Shown piece after piece: positions 60,856 to 64,000 of a stretch of DNA of 64,000 bases (its first letter is position 1; each line of letters starts with the position of its first letter). The notes beneath the pieces are model-generated. The model had not been told where the DNA came from. It searched no databases and worked only from the letters and a program-made list of their open reading frames with translations. A program made the translations under genes and the position numbers. The DNA is taken from NCBI GenBank assembly GCA_041483195.1, contig JBGPFC010000013.1, forward strand, positions 30,437 through 94,436, in the 5' to 3' direction. The stretch comes from Candidatus Eiseniibacteriota bacterium. GTDB taxonomy: Bacteria > Eisenbacteria > RBG-16-71-46.

Positions 60856-61340
60856 GTTCGCTCCGCGAGTTGGGCGGCTGCGAGCTCCACCGCTTCGAAG
60901 ATCTTCGTGTAGCCCGTGCAGCGGCAGAGGTTCCCGGACAAGGCGTGCGCGATCTCGTCGCGCGTGGGCGCCGGATTGCGGCGCAGCAGCGCCCACGCGC
61001 TCATGAGGATGCCCGGCGTGCAGAATCCGCACTGGGCGCCGCCGGTCGCATCGAGCGCGTCCTGGAGCGCATGCGGCCTGCCGTTCTCGGCGAGTCCCTC
61101 GATCGTCAGGATCTCGCGCGCCTCGCACGCCATGGCGAGCGTGATGCAGGCGAGCACCGGCTCCCCGTCCGCCACCACGGTGCACGCCCCGCAGTCGCCC
61201 TTGTCGCAACCCTGCTTGGAGCCGGTCAGGCCGAGGCCGTAGCGCAGGGCCTCGAGCAGCGTGGTTCCCGGGCTCACCGCGCAGGTGCGAAGGTCGCCGT
61301 TGACCCGGAGGCGGACGACCGCGGTCGATGTGGACTCCAC
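60852..61340 (-). CDS. hcrC: 2x[2Fe-2S] small subunit (4-hydroxybenzoyl-CoA reductase gamma-like)
   Basis: GCDKGDCGACTV, QCGFCTPG and NLCRCTGY motifs. Confidence 0.75.
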   Translation of the reverse strand: MESTSTAVVRLRVNGDLRTCAVSPGTTLLEALRYGLGLTGSKQGCDKGDCGACTVVADGEPVLACITLAMACEAREILTIEGLAENGRPHALQDALDATGGAQCGFCTPGILMSAWALLRRNPAPTRDEIAHALSGNLCRCTGYTKIFEAVELAAAQLAERT

Positions 61341-61385
61341 GATTCTCCTCTCGTACCGCCTGCAAGGATGGGAAAGCTCACAGCG

Positions 61386-61459
61386 ATTGAAGCCGCTCGC
61401 ACACGGCCTGTCAAACCGCGTGCGGCGCTTTGACAGCCTCCCGCTTTCGCATCTAGGCT
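61386..61459. promoter_or_regulatory. Back-to-back sigma70-like promoters forming an inverted repeat
   Basis: CTGTCAAA-13nt-TTTGACAG (61408-61436); + strand TTGACA-18-TAGGCT; - strand TTGACA-17-TTCAAT. Confidence 0.5.
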
Positions 61460-61555
61460 GCCCCGCCGCACGCTCGGGCGCGCGATCCGCGCCGCTCGCG
61501 TGCGCGCTCCGGTCGCGCGATCCGGGACCATCGCCGAGGGCCCAGCTCCGAACTC

Positions 61556-62170
61556 ATGACGCGCTCTCCATGGATGATGCTCCTCGCGCTCGCGTGCGTG
61601 CTCGCGGGCGGGATCGGCTGCGGCAGACCCAAGCCGGCCGCCCGCGCCGAGGAGATCACGTTTCGCGTGGATTCCACGCGGCTGGGCGAGCGCTTCGAGG
61701 ATGCCGCGCGGTCGCTCACGCTGAGCGCCCCCGCCCACTGGGCGCCGCTGCCGGCGGAGGCGATCGAGGAGGGGATGCGGCGATTGCGCGCCGCCGCCGG
61801 GCCGGATTCCACGCGCGAGCCGCGGTTGCTCGCGCTCTACCGCGAGGACCACGAGGGCGCATCGCTCGCGGTGTCGGGCTTCGATCGCGCATTCTCGGGC
61901 GCGGCGCTCGATTCGCTGGGCCGCGAGCATCTCACCCGGCTCAAGGCCCGGACCCCGGACGGCCGGGTAGACCAAGGTCGCTACAGCTATCGCGGGTTCG
62001 ACGTGCTACAGTTCCGCGTCGTTGACTTACGGGCGGTACACTTCAAACTGCTCGTGAATCGTCCGCGGACCGCGCTGCTCCAACTCGATTACGTCGTTCC
62101 CCGCGGTGTGTACGAACGAGAGCTCGAGTCGATCGAGTCCTCGATTGGGTCGCTTCGACCCCTGTCCTGA
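61556..62170 (+). CDS. Hypothetical lipoprotein
   Basis: Signal peptide ending GGIGC; ends IESSIGSLRPLS. Confidence 0.7.
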   Translation: MTRSPWMMLLALACVLAGGIGCGRPKPAARAEEITFRVDSTRLGERFEDAARSLTLSAPAHWAPLPAEAIEEGMRRLRAAAGPDSTREPRLLALYREDHEGASLAVSGFDRAFSGAALDSLGREHLTRLKARTPDGRVDQGRYSYRGFDVLQFRVVDLRAVHFKLLVNRPRTALLQLDYVVPRGVYERELESIESSIGSLRPLS

Positions 62171-62191
62171 ACCAGAAGGGAGGCCGAACCA

Positions 62192-62488
62192 ATGTTTCGG
62201 AAGCTGTCATCGGTGTTGTTCCTTGCTCTGCTGGTCTTCATGCTCGTCGGTTGCGAAGCGCATACCCACATCGTGGGCACCGGTCCTGCCGGGTCTGACG
62301 TGCTGATCAAGCGCCAGTGGTACGCGCTGTGGGGCCTGGTGCCGATCAACCAGGTGGACACGGGCGCGATGGCCGCCGGTGCGACCAACTACTCGATCCA
62401 CACCGAGATGAACTTCCTCGATGTCGTGATGAACATCTTCACGGGCTACGTGACGATCTACTCCCGCACCGTGACGGTGAAGAAGTAG
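62192..62488 (+). CDS. Bor/Iss-like small lipoprotein
   Basis: GGAGG RBS; lipobox LVGC; RQWYALWGLVPIN...FLDVV...TIYSRTVTV pattern. Confidence 0.78.
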   Translation: MFRKLSSVLFLALLVFMLVGCEAHTHIVGTGPAGSDVLIKRQWYALWGLVPINQVDTGAMAAGATNYSIHTEMNFLDVVMNIFTGYVTIYSRTVTVKK

Positions 62489-62516
62489 CGCAGTCGCTTC
62501 CCGCAGTCGCAGCACG

Positions 62517-62558
62517 GCGCCGTCGATCGCCCCGAGCGATCGACGGCGTCCTCTTTTT
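62517..62558 (+). terminator. Intrinsic terminator
   Basis: CGCCGTCGATCGC-CCCGA-GCGATCGACGGCG stem followed by TCCTCTTTTT. Confidence 0.75.
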
Positions 62559-62606
62559 CGCAGGGCGGTTTGCCGCCCGCGCGAGGGCGGTGCACAATGC
62601 GCGCCC

Positions 62607-63866
62607 ATGTTCACGCCCTCCGCATCGCCCGCCTCGCACTGGTGGATCGAGCCGCAGCCGCCGTTTCCGCCGCTCGATAGCGAGATCGCCGCCGACGTCG
62701 TGATCGTGGGGGGCGGGATCAGCGGCATCACGCTGGCCTGGACGCTGATCGAGCACGACGCGAAGGTCGCGCTGCTCGAGGCCGGGCCGCTGGCGGGCGC
62801 GGCGAGCGCGCGCAACGCCGGCTTCCTGATGGCGTCCCCCTCCGAGCCGTACGTCGAGCAGATCGAATTCTGGGGCCGCCCCGGCGCGCGCGCCATGCTC
62901 GAAACCGGGCGCCGCAATCACGAGCGGATCCGGTCGATCATCCAGACGCTCGGCATCGAGTGCGACTATCGCGCGGCGGGCAGCGCGCGGCTCGCGCGCG
63001 ATCCGGACGAGGCCGAGGCGCTGCGCGCGTCGCTCCCGCTGCTGCAGGCCGACGGCTTCCCGATGCGCGAGATGCCGGTCGCGGACGCCGTGCCGGGCGA
63101 TGCCGCCTCCGGCTTCGCGGCAGCGTTCCTCATGGCCGAGGACGGAGAGCTGGACCCGGTGCGCTTCCTCCACGGCGTGGCGCGCGCCGCCGAGGCGCGG
63201 GGCGCGCGGATCCACGCGGGGTCGCAGGTCACGGCGGCGCGCTGGAGCAACGGGGAATGGGAGGTGACGGCCGGAGCCGGCATCGCGCGCGCCCGAGCGC
63301 TGGTGCTCGCGACCAACGCGTACTCCCCGTCGCTCTGCCCGGCGCTCACGCCGCTGATCGTGCCGCGGCGCGGCCAGATGCTCTCCACCGCGCCGCTGTC
63401 GCGCGTGATCGCGCCGCGCCCCACCTACGCGCACGGCGGCTATCAGTACTGGCGCCAGCTCCCGGACTCGCGTCTCCTGATCGGCGGCTGGCGCGACCTC
63501 GACCTCGACGGCGAGTCCGGCTACGAAACCGAGCCGACGCCCATGATCCAGGGCGCGATCGAGCGCGGGCTGCTGGAGCTCGTGCCCGAAGGGGTCGCGA
63601 TCGAGCGCCGCTGGGCGGGGACGATGGGCTTCGCGCGCGACGGGCGGCCGCTGGTGGGCTGGCTCGATCCCACGCACCACCTCGCGCTGTGCGCGGGCTT
63701 CACCGGCCACGGGATGGGGATGGCCGCGGCCTGCACGCGCGATCTCGCCGAGCTGCTGAGCTGGAAGAAGGCGCCGGGCATCATCACCTTCGATCCCGGC
63801 CGCTTCGCGGAGCTGCAGCACGGTCGCGACGGCTTCGTGACGCTGGGAGTGCCGGCGGTCCGCTAG
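62607..63866 (+). CDS. FAD-dependent oxidoreductase (DAO / PuuB-like)
   Basis: VVIVGGGISG, ASARNAG, LATNAY, WAGTMGF and GFTGHGMG motifs. Confidence 0.9.
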   Translation: MFTPSASPASHWWIEPQPPFPPLDSEIAADVVIVGGGISGITLAWTLIEHDAKVALLEAGPLAGAASARNAGFLMASPSEPYVEQIEFWGRPGARAMLETGRRNHERIRSIIQTLGIECDYRAAGSARLARDPDEAEALRASLPLLQADGFPMREMPVADAVPGDAASGFAAAFLMAEDGELDPVRFLHGVARAAEARGARIHAGSQVTAARWSNGEWEVTAGAGIARARALVLATNAYSPSLCPALTPLIVPRRGQMLSTAPLSRVIAPRPTYAHGGYQYWRQLPDSRLLIGGWRDLDLDGESGYETEPTPMIQGAIERGLLELVPEGVAIERRWAGTMGFARDGRPLVGWLDPTHHLALCAGFTGHGMGMAAACTRDLAELLSWKKAPGIITFDPGRFAELQHGRDGFVTLGVPAVR

Positions 63867-64000
63867 GAGCCTGTCCGAGTATTCGTCAAAGTTCTGGCGT
63901 GGACTGGTGACGGTGTGGAAGATGCGGACATGAAGACCTTCCGCCCGTACCAGCCCGATCAGCAGTTGCTGTTGCCGCCCTCCATCGAGGAGTGGCTTCC
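63867..64000 (+). mobile_element. Left end of an IS1182-family-like insertion sequence; transposase starts at ATG 63930 and runs off the window
   Basis: Begins GAGCCTGTCCGA right after CTAG; ORF MKTFRPYQPDQQLLLPPSIEEWL resembles IS1182 transposase N-termini. Confidence 0.75.

Overview
High-GC bacterial chromosome segment with about 50 densely packed genes. No rRNA, tRNA, CRISPR array or integrase was seen. The backbone carries a type III PKS plus ICMT-like methyltransferase, three SpoIIE/PP2C phosphatases, queF, miaB, tonB, a ROK kinase, a penicillin acylase, a GH113-like hydrolase, a fused 2-oxoacid dehydrogenase E1, a PIG-L/small membrane protein/SSS trio, ggt, a glutaryl-CoA dehydrogenase-like enzyme, an MFS-spermidine synthase fusion, a cupredoxin plus histidine kinase, a PP2C-LytS-TPR-TBDR-LytTR cluster, fdhD, thyX, a second TBDR, a kynureninase-like PLP enzyme, LOG, Rieske, an hcrCAB-like molybdoenzyme with xdhC/mocA, and the left end of an IS1182-like element. 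Two visibly more A/T-rich inserts interrupt it: about 36.95-39.46 kb (small hypothetical genes) and about 45.37-53.45 kb. The second insert holds a DUF4236 gene, a TerY-P-like vWA/PP2C/kinase triad and a convergent three-gene operon I cannot assign to a named system (PD-(D/E)XK-wHTH nuclease, Ser/Thr kinase, 401-aa alpha/beta protein). It is the best candidate for an undescribed defence system. It sits in an integrase-free tandem arrangement: kynU-like gene, island, thyX 5' copy, kynU-like 3' copy, TBDR, thyX. Start codons were chosen by eye and family calls come from motif recognition, not database searches.
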